The notes beneath the pieces are model-generated. The model searched no databases, had not been told where the DNA came from, and saw nothing but the letters and a program-made list of their open reading frames with translations. 64,000 nt of DNA, taken from Candidatus Sulfomarinibacteraceae bacterium. Lineage in GTDB: Bacteria; Acidobacteriota; Thermoanaerobaculia; Thermoanaerobaculales; Sulfomarinibacteraceae. Numbering within the stretch: the first letter of the stretch is position 1; every line of letters begins with the position of its first letter. This document shows, in pieces, positions 49,223 to 58,083 of the stretch. The stretch lies in NCBI GenBank assembly GCA_963796455.1, contig CAWCLO010000001.1, positions 1,056,001 to 1,120,000 on the forward strand, read 5' to 3'. Both the position numbers and the translations under genes were made by a program.

Positions 49223-50443
49223 TCATTCACCCTCAAAACGATTGACCACCGCGGTGCCAACCAGATCGCTCCACACGTTGGTAGCGGTTCGCATCATATC
49301 GAGCACGCGATCGACGGCGATGATCGTGCCGATTCCCTCGAGGGGCAGTCCAACCGCCTGGAGCACGACAACCAACATCACCAAACCGGCCATCGGGATA
49401 CCGGCCGCTCCGACCGATGCCAGGAGAGCTGTCAACAAGACCAACGCCTGCTGCAGCAGGCCAAGATCCACTCCGTACATCTGGGCAATGGTCAAAGCCG
49501 CCACCGCTTCATAGAGCGCCGTCCCATCCATGTTCACAGTTGCGCCAAGCGGCAGCACAAAACTCGACACGCCCCTTCGGTTGCCTGACTTCTCGGAGCA
49601 ATCCATGCTCAGCGGCAAGGTAGCCGACGACGAAGCGGTGGAAAATGCGGTCGCGACCGCAGGCGCCATCGCACGCGCATAGTCGATGGGTTTTCGCCGC
49701 GCGAGCACCGTAAGAATCAACGGCAAGGTCACGGTGGCGTGGATCAATAGGCCGAGACCGACGGTCAGAAAATAATAGCGAAGGTCCCAGATGATCCCGG
49801 GCCCGCTCCGTGCGACTTCTCGCGCGAGCAGGGCGAAGATGCCCACCGGAGCGAACTTGACGATGGCAAGCGTCAAGGCCTGGATAATCTCGAGAACCCC
49901 GTCCACCACCCGTTTTACGGTGTCGACGTTCGACCCGTTGAGACGGGTCAGAAACAGACCGAACAACAATGCAAAGACGATGACCGGCAGCACTTCTCCA
50001 GAAGCCATGGCTGCCACGATATTGTCCGGCACCATACGAATCAAAAACTGGGGAAGAGTCTGGGTTGCGGTTGTAAAACCTTCCGGCAGCTCCGATGTGC
50101 CCGCCAGATCAAGATATTTGCCGGGACGAATGATGTTGACCAACGTCAGACCGACGGCAATCGCCAGGGTTGTCGAGGCGGTGTAATAGATCATCGTCCG
50201 AATTCCCACGCGACCCACCGAACGGGCGGTTCCGAGGCTGGAAATTCCGCTGACCAATGAGGTGAAGATCAATGGAATGATGATCATCTTGAGCGCACGG
50301 AGAAAAAGATCACCGAGAAAACCGATGCTCTCGGAGGCCGCCGGCGCCAGCCAACCAAAGGCGACACCGGTTACGAGAGCGATCAGCACCTGCCAATGCA
50401 GTTTGAGGTACCAGGGCTTTGAGGTCAGGTTGTTTTCGGTCAT
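49223..50443 (-). CDS. Dicarboxylate/amino acid:cation symporter (GltP/SDF family)
   Basis: AFSTASSSATLP, PLGATVNMDGTALY, DRVLDMMRTATN. Confidence 0.95.
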   Translation of the reverse strand: MTENNLTSKPWYLKLHWQVLIALVTGVAFGWLAPAASESIGFLGDLFLRALKMIIIPLIFTSLVSGISSLGTARSVGRVGIRTMIYYTASTTLAIAVGLTLVNIIRPGKYLDLAGTSELPEGFTTATQTLPQFLIRMVPDNIVAAMASGEVLPVIVFALLFGLFLTRLNGSNVDTVKRVVDGVLEIIQALTLAIVKFAPVGIFALLAREVARSGPGIIWDLRYYFLTVGLGLLIHATVTLPLILTVLARRKPIDYARAMAPAVATAFSTASSSATLPLSMDCSEKSGNRRGVSSFVLPLGATVNMDGTALYEAVAALTIAQMYGVDLGLLQQALVLLTALLASVGAAGIPMAGLVMLVVVLQAVGLPLEGIGTIIAVDRVLDMMRTATNVWSDLVGTAVVNRFEGE

Positions 50444-50665
50444 CAATCCTCCGTTGTCATCGCGCAGAGGATACCATCGGCAGCCGCAAGGTCTCAGCTT
50501 TTTGACGATCGGTCATGCCGGTTTTCGGGAGAATTCGTCTCCGGAAACCAAGGTGCTGATTTCGGCCGTACAGAGGGAGAGGATAGGGCGATGGCCGCCG
50601 AGCCGCAGCGAAGATCTCGGTGCCTGCGAGACGGGCTCCGAACTCGAGTCGAAAAGTCGACCGAT

Positions 50666-51169
50666 CTACTCGTCGTCCTGACTGACGACGTGACCGAGCG
50701 CATCCTCGACCTGAGCTTCGACCTTTTCAACTGGTCGACCTTCCACCTCTGCGACCTCGTTCACCAGGAGCTGCCGGGCGTGGTCATACATTTTGCGTTC
50801 GCGAAAACTCAAGGTCTTGCGGCTCGCGACCTCGGCCAGACACAGAAGAACATTGACGATTTCGTCCAGGTCACCGGTCTTGATGCGTTCGAGATTCGCG
50901 CGGTAGCGATCTTTCCAATCCTCGGCATTCTCGCCTTCAGAGGATTTCAGACGCTTCATGGCCCGACGAACCAGCTTCTTTTCTGAAAGAGGCCGCAACC
51001 CGACTCTCTCCGAGTTACTCACGGGCACCATCACCTTGGAATCGGAGTTGATCAGGCGCAGGTGGTAGCATTTCATATCGGTGCCGGCAAAGACCTCATT
51101 CGCGATGGTTTCGACTTCCGACACGCCTTGACTCGGATAGACGACCTTGTCCCCGACCTTGAACTGCAC
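50666..51169 (-). CDS. carD: CarD family transcription factor
   Basis: FKVGDKVVYPSQGV, KVMVP...VGLR, conserved Trp in WKDRY, LSFRERKM. Confidence 0.92.
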   Translation of the reverse strand: MQFKVGDKVVYPSQGVSEVETIANEVFAGTDMKCYHLRLINSDSKVMVPVSNSERVGLRPLSEKKLVRRAMKRLKSSEGENAEDWKDRYRANLERIKTGDLDEIVNVLLCLAEVASRKTLSFRERKMYDHARQLLVNEVAEVEGRPVEKVEAQVEDALGHVVSQDDE

Positions 51170-51233
51170 TCGTGCCCCTTTCGTGAACGACTCAGAGTAA
51201 CACGGCCAAATCGCCGATTCCTACCTTTTCGCT

Positions 51234-51878
51234 TCAAGCCAATTCGGCACGGCAGTGGGGGCACACGAGAGCACCGCTGCGAATTGCTCCTCCACAGTGT
51301 TCGCAGACCGCGCGCGGTCGATCCGCTGCCCGGATGACAACCGCCGACACTGCAACCAGGCCACCGAGGGCCAGGATCGACAACGGTGGCGCCACCAGCG
51401 CGGTGCCGGACAGGGTCATGGAGGCGCCGGCCTCACCCACCGAAGCCATCTTTCCGACGGCCTCGTGGGCATCCTCCGCAAGATTACGGAACGGTCTCCG
51501 GACCTGGTTGCGCATCCAGTGGACACCAGCCGCGGTGCCGCCACCAAGAACCCCCGAAGTTCCAAGCTGAACCAGGTCGTTGTCGAGGCGCCCGGTCACC
51601 GCCGCGAAAGCGAGAAAACCAGCAACCATTTTCGGCAAATAGGCGATGACATCCGAAAAGCGACCGAGGTCCGGGTGCGCATCGACGATGATTTCGGCCA
51701 CAACCAGGACTCCGAGCACCACCATCACAATCGGGTCGGCAATCCAGGCAAAACGATCGGCGATTTCAAAATAAGGTGTGTAGCTGAACGCACCAAGGGC
51801 CAGGATCGGAATAAAGGCCTTGGCACCGGCACCAGCTGCGAGCCCGAATGCGGCCATATACGTCATCAACGATTCCAT
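51234..51878 (-). CDS. DUF4126-like membrane protein with C-terminal zinc ribbon
   Basis: GLAAGAG.KAFIP, AEIIVD..P, C-terminal CEHC...CPHC. Confidence 0.75.
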   Translation of the reverse strand: MESLMTYMAAFGLAAGAGAKAFIPILALGAFSYTPYFEIADRFAWIADPIVMVVLGVLVVAEIIVDAHPDLGRFSDVIAYLPKMVAGFLAFAAVTGRLDNDLVQLGTSGVLGGGTAAGVHWMRNQVRRPFRNLAEDAHEAVGKMASVGEAGASMTLSGTALVAPPLSILALGGLVAVSAVVIRAADRPRAVCEHCGGAIRSGALVCPHCRAELA

Positions 51879-51894
51879 AACAAACTCCCTTCGA

Positions 51895-52533
51895 TCATGA
51901 TGATTGCAGGCTCTCGACGATGGCCATGACCGACCAACCAAAAAAAGCCGCAACACCAATCAGTATCAACAGCAGGCCGATACTGAGGACGGCCAGCACG
52001 ATGGGGATCACCTTTTCCCACGGAGCCAGCCGACGACCCTCTCGCTCGCGCTGCAAACTGACCAGAGTCGACACGTGAACAACAGTTGTCAGCACCACGA
52101 AGGTGCCGGCACCGATCAGGGCCCCGACAAACGGGACCGTCATCGCACCATAACCCGGGATGCCCAGCCACAAAAATCCGAATCGGGCCAACCAGCGGTT
52201 GAGCAACCTGCGAACGGGTCCTAGCAATCGCTGTGCATCCCTGACCAGAAATACGCGCGTCACCACCAGATGAACGGCGACCACGAGCGGAACGACGGCC
52301 AGAGCGCCAAAATGCAACAAGGGCACGCCGAACCCAAGGACCGCCGCGATCGGGGCCCCCCACGCGAGCAAAAGGCGATAGCGCGCACATTGAGCGGCCT
52401 CTACCCTGTCGCAACGCACCCGAAAGGCCTCCGGTTCTCCATCATCCCCGATCGCCCGCCCACAAAGCGGACAATCGGCCGCATCAGAAAGCAGCGGCAG
52501 GGGTTCCAGACACCAGGGACAGGAGCGCTTCAT
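51895..52533 (-). CDS. Membrane protein with N-terminal zinc ribbon
   Basis: CPWC...CPLC followed by several TM helices. Confidence 0.75.
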   Translation of the reverse strand: MKRSCPWCLEPLPLLSDAADCPLCGRAIGDDGEPEAFRVRCDRVEAAQCARYRLLLAWGAPIAAVLGFGVPLLHFGALAVVPLVVAVHLVVTRVFLVRDAQRLLGPVRRLLNRWLARFGFLWLGIPGYGAMTVPFVGALIGAGTFVVLTTVVHVSTLVSLQREREGRRLAPWEKVIPIVLAVLSIGLLLILIGVAAFFGWSVMAIVESLQSS

Positions 52534-52600
52534 TGCCAAAGTATACGTAGGTCGGGCACTTCAATTCCGTTCAGGACTGGTGCACGGGACAAGACTCAGG

Positions 52601-53309
52601 ATTACTGCCGCCCAAAACACCAGCGATCAGGGGCGGTGTTCAGCGACGGCGACAGTGTCCAGCGGCAGCGACAGGGAACAGCGCTCAATTCTTCGGATTC
52701 AATAGCCGCCAGGTCATGGCACGGACCTGATCGAAGGCCCTCATCGCTTCACTGGCTCCATTCCAACTAACCGCCCCGGCGTGGGCGAGGAGCTGCAAGT
52801 GGCTGTCGACCTCTTTTGCCGAGGCGTACGCGATTCTCCAGTGGTTCAACCGGTCTCTACCAAAACGGCCGTGGCCTTCCGCAATATTCGCTGGGACCGA
52901 ACTTGCCGACCGAATCACCTGATCTGCTATGGACTTCAGCGGAGCTGGAACCCTCATCACGAGTTTGATCGCGATGCCTGCTGCTTCGAGGGCTTTCGAG
53001 TGGGCAACGAGGTTGGTGTTTGTGGCGGCGTTGGACATGGTCACCTTCGGGTCGTTCATGCCCATGCCCACAAGCCGGTGTGGTGGCCGATGTCAAGGAT
53101 GCCCCGCACCCTGCCTGTCCTTGATATCGGCCGCCCACCGGCTACTCCTTTCTGTTGAACGACCCGGAGGTGGCCACGTCGTCGTTGCACCTGATCGCTG
53201 ACCCTGAACACTGATTGCTGCCCCCTGTCCCTGTTAGCTGTTGCCTGTCGCTGACGCTGGACACTGTCGCTGCCGCCGCAATTCGGGATCGGGCTCGGGC
53301 AACCGCGAA
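52601..53309 (-). mobile_element. Four-helix-bundle element copy D (intact, inverted relative to C)
   Basis: Same layout as copy C; 53248-53283 (reverse complement) matches 42672-42707 at 35/36 nt. Confidence 0.75.
52685..53038 (-). CDS. Four helix bundle protein (23S rRNA IVP/Avd-like family), 117 aa
   Basis: 103/117 aa identical to 47274-47627 by manual comparison. Confidence 0.92.
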   Translation of the reverse strand: MSNAATNTNLVAHSKALEAAGIAIKLVMRVPAPLKSIADQVIRSASSVPANIAEGHGRFGRDRLNHWRIAYASAKEVDSHLQLLAHAGAVSWNGASEAMRAFDQVRAMTWRLLNPKN

Positions 53310-53429
53310 CCGGATACGCCGACATCCAACCTGGAAACCACGTGTTGTCAGGTGGGTAACTTCACGTGGCGAGCAGTATTGGACAGCAGTGATGCAGGAT
53401 GCAGCGAGATCGGAATCTCGTCCTCGAAC

Positions 53430-54554
53430 TCAGCCCTTTGCAGCCTCGAGGATCTGGGCGGCACCTCTTTCGATTTCTTCGTCGGTGGTAAATCGTCCGA
53501 CCGAGAGCCGGATCGTCGAACGTGCCGTCGCCTCATCAACGCCCATCGCTTCAAGGACGTGGGACACCGAGACCCCCTCGGCGTGGCAGGCTGCACCGGC
53601 TGACGCCGCGACCTGCTCGCTGAGCCGGTCGAGCAGCGCCGAGGAATCGACGCCCTCAAGGGCGACACTCAGGGTGTTCGGGAGCCTGTTCGCGGTGTCC
53701 CCGTGCACCACCAGCTCACGGTGTCCAGCGGCGAGCAGTTGCAACAGCCGATATCTGAGTTCAGACAGACGATCGTTCTCCGCGGCGGTTTCGGCCGCGA
53801 CGATTTCGCAGGCGACTCCCAAACCGACACCAAGGAGCACGTTCTCGGTCCCTGCGCGCAGCCCACGCTCGTGCCCTGCGCCCCGGATCAGGGGCTCGAC
53901 CTCGAGGCCCTTTCGAATAAAGAGAACACCGACACCTTTGGGAGCATAGAGTTTGTGTCCGGCCACCGATAGGAGATCGACGCCGAGCTCCGGCACCTTG
54001 ACCGGTATCTTGCCCACCGCCTGCGCCGCATCGGTGTGGACGACCACACCGCGCTGCCGGCAGAGCTTCGTGATCTCGGCAATCGGTTGCACGGTTCCGA
54101 CCTCGTTGTTGGCGAGCATTACGGTGACCAGGATCGTTTCGGGGCGGAGAGCGGCCTCGACCGCTGCCGGGTCGACCCTGCCGGCCGAATCAACACCGAC
54201 GGTGGTGAGATCGATCTGCCCCTCGCGCTCCAGACTCTTGACCACCTCGAGCACCGCCGGGTGTTCGATCGTCGACGTGACGACGTGGCCGCCCCCACGG
54301 GAGGCGACAAGACCACGAATGGCAAAATTGTTCGACTCCGTGCCGCCGGAGGTCAGTACGATTTCCTCCGCCGCGCATCCGAGACACCCGGCAACCTGCC
54401 TCCTGGCACCCTCGACGGCATCGCGAGCCTCGCGACCGAGACGGTGGGTCGACGAGGGGTTGCCATAACCACCGCTCAAAAAAGGCATCATCGCTTCGGC
54501 CACCCGGGGATCGATCGGCGTGGTGGCGTTGTAATCGAGATAGATGAAATTCAT
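53430..54554 (-). CDS. Cysteine desulfurase / selenocysteine lyase (NifS/IscS class I)
   Basis: YLDYNATTP, TSGGTESNN, HTDAAQ, GHKLYAPKG, SAGAACH. Confidence 0.94.
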   Translation of the reverse strand: MNFIYLDYNATTPIDPRVAEAMMPFLSGGYGNPSSTHRLGREARDAVEGARRQVAGCLGCAAEEIVLTSGGTESNNFAIRGLVASRGGGHVVTSTIEHPAVLEVVKSLEREGQIDLTTVGVDSAGRVDPAAVEAALRPETILVTVMLANNEVGTVQPIAEITKLCRQRGVVVHTDAAQAVGKIPVKVPELGVDLLSVAGHKLYAPKGVGVLFIRKGLEVEPLIRGAGHERGLRAGTENVLLGVGLGVACEIVAAETAAENDRLSELRYRLLQLLAAGHRELVVHGDTANRLPNTLSVALEGVDSSALLDRLSEQVAASAGAACHAEGVSVSHVLEAMGVDEATARSTIRLSVGRFTTDEEIERGAAQILEAAKG

Positions 54555-54698
54555 GGCGGAAGTGTACCTTGACGCCGAACGGGCGCCGCGAACAACTCCG
54601 CGCTTCAGGCCGTTGCGGATACCCGCCAAGCCCGCTACTATGACCCGGCGGCTAGCGATCCGCACACACCACCCAATCAACGCCCCTGGAGGTTCTCA

Positions 54699-56330
54699 AT
54701 GGCCAATGGAATCGTCTCCGTTCCGCCGCCGATCAACGACCCGATCAAATCCTACGCCCCCGGCTCGCCCGAAAAGGCTCCGTTGAAGGCCGAGATCAAA
54801 AGGATGCTCAGCGAAGAAATCGAGATCCCTCTGATCATTGGCGGTCAGGAGGTTCGCACGGGGAACACCGCCAAGGCAGTCTGTCCTCACGACCACAAAC
54901 ACGTGCTCGGCACCTATCACAAGGCCGGCGAGGCCGAGGTCAATATGGCAATCGAAGCGGCCGCGGCGGCCTGGAAAGAGTGGTCGGAGACGCCCTGGGA
55001 GCACCGCGCCGCTGTGATGCTCAAGGCGGCCGAACTGCTGCAGGGCCCGTGGCGCGACCGCCTCAACGCCGCCTGCATGCTCAACCAATCGAAGAGCGTC
55101 TTTCAGGCCGAGATCGACGCCGCCTGCGAGTTGGTGGATTTCTGGCGCTTCAATCCCTACTACATGCGTTTTCTATACGAGCAGCAGCCTGAGTCTGCCC
55201 TCGGACACTGGGACCAGGTCGAGTATCGGGCCCTCGAGGGATTTGTTTTTGCGGTCACCCCCTTCAATTTCGCATCGATCGCGGGCAACCTCCCGACCGC
55301 TCCCGCGTTGATGGGCAACACTGTCTTGTGGAAACCGGCCTCATCGACAGTATTCACCGGATGGCATCTCATGAAACTGATGGAGGCCGCCGGGTTCCCG
55401 CCGGGTGTGATCAACTTCATCCCCGGATCCGGTGGCCAGGTGGGCAACCCCGTCATGGCCAGCCCGCACCTGGCAGGCATCCACTTCACCGGCTCGACAC
55501 CGGTTTTCCAAGGCATGTGGAAATCGATCGGCGACAACATCGCCAACTATCGGACCTACCCCCGGATCGTCGGCGAAACGGGTGGCAAGGACTTCATTTT
55601 CGCTCATCCCTCGGCCGATCAGGAGGCGCTCGCCACGGCCATGGTACGGGGCGCATTCGAATACCAGGGCCAGAAATGCTCGGCCGCCTCGAGATCCTAT
55701 GTCCCACGCTCCATCTGGCCGAAGGTCCGGGACTACGCCCTGTCACAGATTTCGGAGATCAAGATGGGACCACCCACCGATTTCCGGAATTTCTTCAATG
55801 CGGTGATCGATGCCGGTGCTTTCTCCGATATCACGGCCTATATCCAGCACGCCATCGATTCGCCGGAAGCCAAGATACTGTGCGGAGGTACCTGGGACGA
55901 TTCCGAGGGTTTCTACATCCAGCCAACCGTCGTCGAAACCACGAATCCCCGCTTCAAGCTCATGGAAGAGGAGATTTTCGGCCCCGTCATGACGGTCTAT
56001 GTCTATGACGATAAGGACCTGGACGAAACACTCGAGCTTTGCGACTCCACCTCCCCTTACGCTCTCACCGGTGCGATCTTCGCCCACGACCGATCCACCA
56101 TCGTCAAGATGGCAAACCGGCTGCGCCACGCCGCCGGCAATTTCTATATCAACGACAAACCCACCGGTGCCGTAGTCGGTCAACAACCCTTTGGTGGTTC
56201 CAGGGCCTCCGGCACCAACGACAAGGCGGGGTCCTACCTCAATCTCATCCGTTGGACGTCGCAACGAACCATCAAGGAGAACTTCATCCCGCCCACCCAC
56301 TTTGCCTACCCCTTCATGGGAGAAGAGTAA
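54699..56330 (+). CDS. pruA: 1-pyrroline-5-carboxylate (L-glutamate gamma-semialdehyde) dehydrogenase
   Basis: AEIDAACELVDF, FTGST, GETGGK, FEYQGQKCSA, NDKPTGAVVGQQPFGG. Confidence 0.95.
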   Translation: MANGIVSVPPPINDPIKSYAPGSPEKAPLKAEIKRMLSEEIEIPLIIGGQEVRTGNTAKAVCPHDHKHVLGTYHKAGEAEVNMAIEAAAAAWKEWSETPWEHRAAVMLKAAELLQGPWRDRLNAACMLNQSKSVFQAEIDAACELVDFWRFNPYYMRFLYEQQPESALGHWDQVEYRALEGFVFAVTPFNFASIAGNLPTAPALMGNTVLWKPASSTVFTGWHLMKLMEAAGFPPGVINFIPGSGGQVGNPVMASPHLAGIHFTGSTPVFQGMWKSIGDNIANYRTYPRIVGETGGKDFIFAHPSADQEALATAMVRGAFEYQGQKCSAASRSYVPRSIWPKVRDYALSQISEIKMGPPTDFRNFFNAVIDAGAFSDITAYIQHAIDSPEAKILCGGTWDDSEGFYIQPTVVETTNPRFKLMEEEIFGPVMTVYVYDDKDLDETLELCDSTSPYALTGAIFAHDRSTIVKMANRLRHAAGNFYINDKPTGAVVGQQPFGGSRASGTNDKAGSYLNLIRWTSQRTIKENFIPPTHFAYPFMGEE

Positions 56331-56364
56331 ACCACTTCGAATCAATAGATTCCATACTTCACCA

Positions 56365-56390
56365 CCCCCGCTTCATGCGGGGGTTTTTTT
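56365..56390 (+). terminator. Rho-independent terminator
   Basis: CCCCCGC-TTCAT-GCGGGGG followed by T7. Confidence 0.9.
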
Positions 56391-56431
56391 CCGTCCAACA
56401 CCTCTCCAAACACCAGTGCCCGTCGCAGCAG

Positions 56432-56470
56432 CGTGATAAAAATGTGAGAAATCCGTGACGTGTCCGTGAG
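56432..56470 (+). promoter_or_regulatory. Four GTGA direct repeats at 11-bp period; probable OmpR/PhoB-family operator
   Basis: GTGA at 56433, 56444, 56455 and 56466, upstream of the spondin-RR-HK genes. Confidence 0.65.
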
Positions 56471-56535
56471 CTTTGCGCCTCATCTTGAATACAGACATCG
56501 GTTCACACCGAAAATTTGTCGAGAGGAGAGAAAGC

Positions 56536-57189
56536 ATGAAACGGACATTTGTGATCGGACTTCTGGTGGTTGTGGCTGCGACGGTTTCGGTACCGGCGAT
56601 GGCCCAGGAAATGGTGGAAACGGTGACGGTGAGGATCACCAACGTGAGCAAACAGATCATCAGCCCGCCGGTGGTGGCAAGCCACTCGTGGAAGGCGCGG
56701 ATCTTCATCCCCGGGCTCGTCGCCTCGACCGAGCTCTCGATGTTGGCCGAGGACGGTGATCCCTCGGCTCTCGCCGACTTGTTGGCCGCGAACGAAGACG
56801 TCATGGATTTTGCCGTAGCGGACGGCCCCCTGCTGCCGGGAGAGACCCTGGTCGTCGAACTCGCGAGTCAGGGCCCCTTCGATCGAATCAGTGCGGTCGG
56901 AATGCTGGTGACCACCAATGACGCCTTCTTCGGCCTCGACAATTTTGTGGTCGTGAGGGACAACCAGAACCAACGTGTTTCGGCTCCCGCGTGGGATGCA
57001 GGCACCGAGTTCAACAGCGAACTCTGTGGATTCATCCCGGGCCCGCCCTGCGGCAGCCCCTTCGTCCGCGATACGACCGATGCCGAGGGTTTCATTCATA
57101 CCCACCCCGGGCTCCATGGAGACGGCGATCTTTCGCCCGCCAACTGGGATTGGCGGAATCCCGTGGTCGACATTCTGGTGATCAAGTAG
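56536..57189 (+). CDS. Secreted spondin-domain protein
   Basis: Signal peptide; ISPPVVASH, LAEDGD, MLVTTNDAF, WDAGTEFN. Confidence 0.85.
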   Translation: MKRTFVIGLLVVVAATVSVPAMAQEMVETVTVRITNVSKQIISPPVVASHSWKARIFIPGLVASTELSMLAEDGDPSALADLLAANEDVMDFAVADGPLLPGETLVVELASQGPFDRISAVGMLVTTNDAFFGLDNFVVVRDNQNQRVSAPAWDAGTEFNSELCGFIPGPPCGSPFVRDTTDAEGFIHTHPGLHGDGDLSPANWDWRNPVVDILVIK

Positions 57190-57314
57190 TAACCATTTTC
57201 GGTTGACGGTGCAACAATTGATGGTACGAGCCGTCTGGCGCACAAATCACCGAATCGCCTCGAGAGGAGGAGATCTTGTGCCCGGACGGCGACCGGCCGC
57301 CGCGGAGGGGGGAC

Positions 57315-58025
57315 ATGGACAAAGAAATACTGGTGATCGAAGACGAGCCGCAGCTCGCACGGCTGGTGGAGATGCACCTTCGCGACGCGGGCTGCACGGT
57401 CGAGATCGCGCCGACTGGCGGAGAGGGGCTCACCAAAGCGGCAAAACGCCCCTTCGATCTTCTGGTCCTCGATCTCATGCTCCCCGACATGGACGGCCTC
57501 GATGTGTGCCGCGAATTGCGCGGTCGGAAGAACTACACACCGATCCTCATTCTCACTGCGCGATCGGGTGAGGTGGATCGGGTCCTCGGTCTCGAGATGG
57601 GTGCGGATGATTATCTGACCAAACCCTTCAGCGTTCGCGAATTGGTGGCCAGGGTCAAGGCGATTCTTCGCCGAATCGATCGTATGGCTGAAGAAAAGGT
57701 CGAGTCTCTCCCGTTGGAATACGAAAAGCTCACAATCGATCGCGAAAAGCGGCGGGTGTCGATTGCCGGCGACGATATCAACTTGACCGCCAAAGAATAT
57801 GATCTCTTGCTGCAGTTCGCCCACAACCCCGGGCGCGTCTACACCCGAAGCCAGCTGCTCGATCTGGTCTGGGGCTACGGTGAAGGCACCTACGAACACA
57901 CTGTCAATTCGCACATCAACCGCTTGCGCGCCAAAATCGAAGACGACCCCTCCAACCCTCAGTTCATTCGCACCGTGTGGGGCGTCGGCTACCGATTCTT
58001 CGACCCCGCGGTCGCCGGCGGTTGA
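57315..58025 (+). CDS. OmpR/PhoB-family response regulator
   Basis: IEDE, LDLMLP, GADDYLTKPF, VNSHINRLRAKIE, TVWGVGY. Confidence 0.95.
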   Translation: MDKEILVIEDEPQLARLVEMHLRDAGCTVEIAPTGGEGLTKAAKRPFDLLVLDLMLPDMDGLDVCRELRGRKNYTPILILTARSGEVDRVLGLEMGADDYLTKPFSVRELVARVKAILRRIDRMAEEKVESLPLEYEKLTIDREKRRVSIAGDDINLTAKEYDLLLQFAHNPGRVYTRSQLLDLVWGYGEGTYEHTVNSHINRLRAKIEDDPSNPQFIRTVWGVGYRFFDPAVAGG

Positions 58026-58083
58026 ATACTTCGAACGGGCCGGGCGGCGAATCTCGGCGTGCGCCGATCAAACGGAGATCACG

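Noticed and set aside
47274..53038. Diversity-generating retroelement (Avd-like genes; differences clustered near the C-terminus)
   Set aside because: No reverse transcriptase in the window, and the differences between copies are not adenine-specific.
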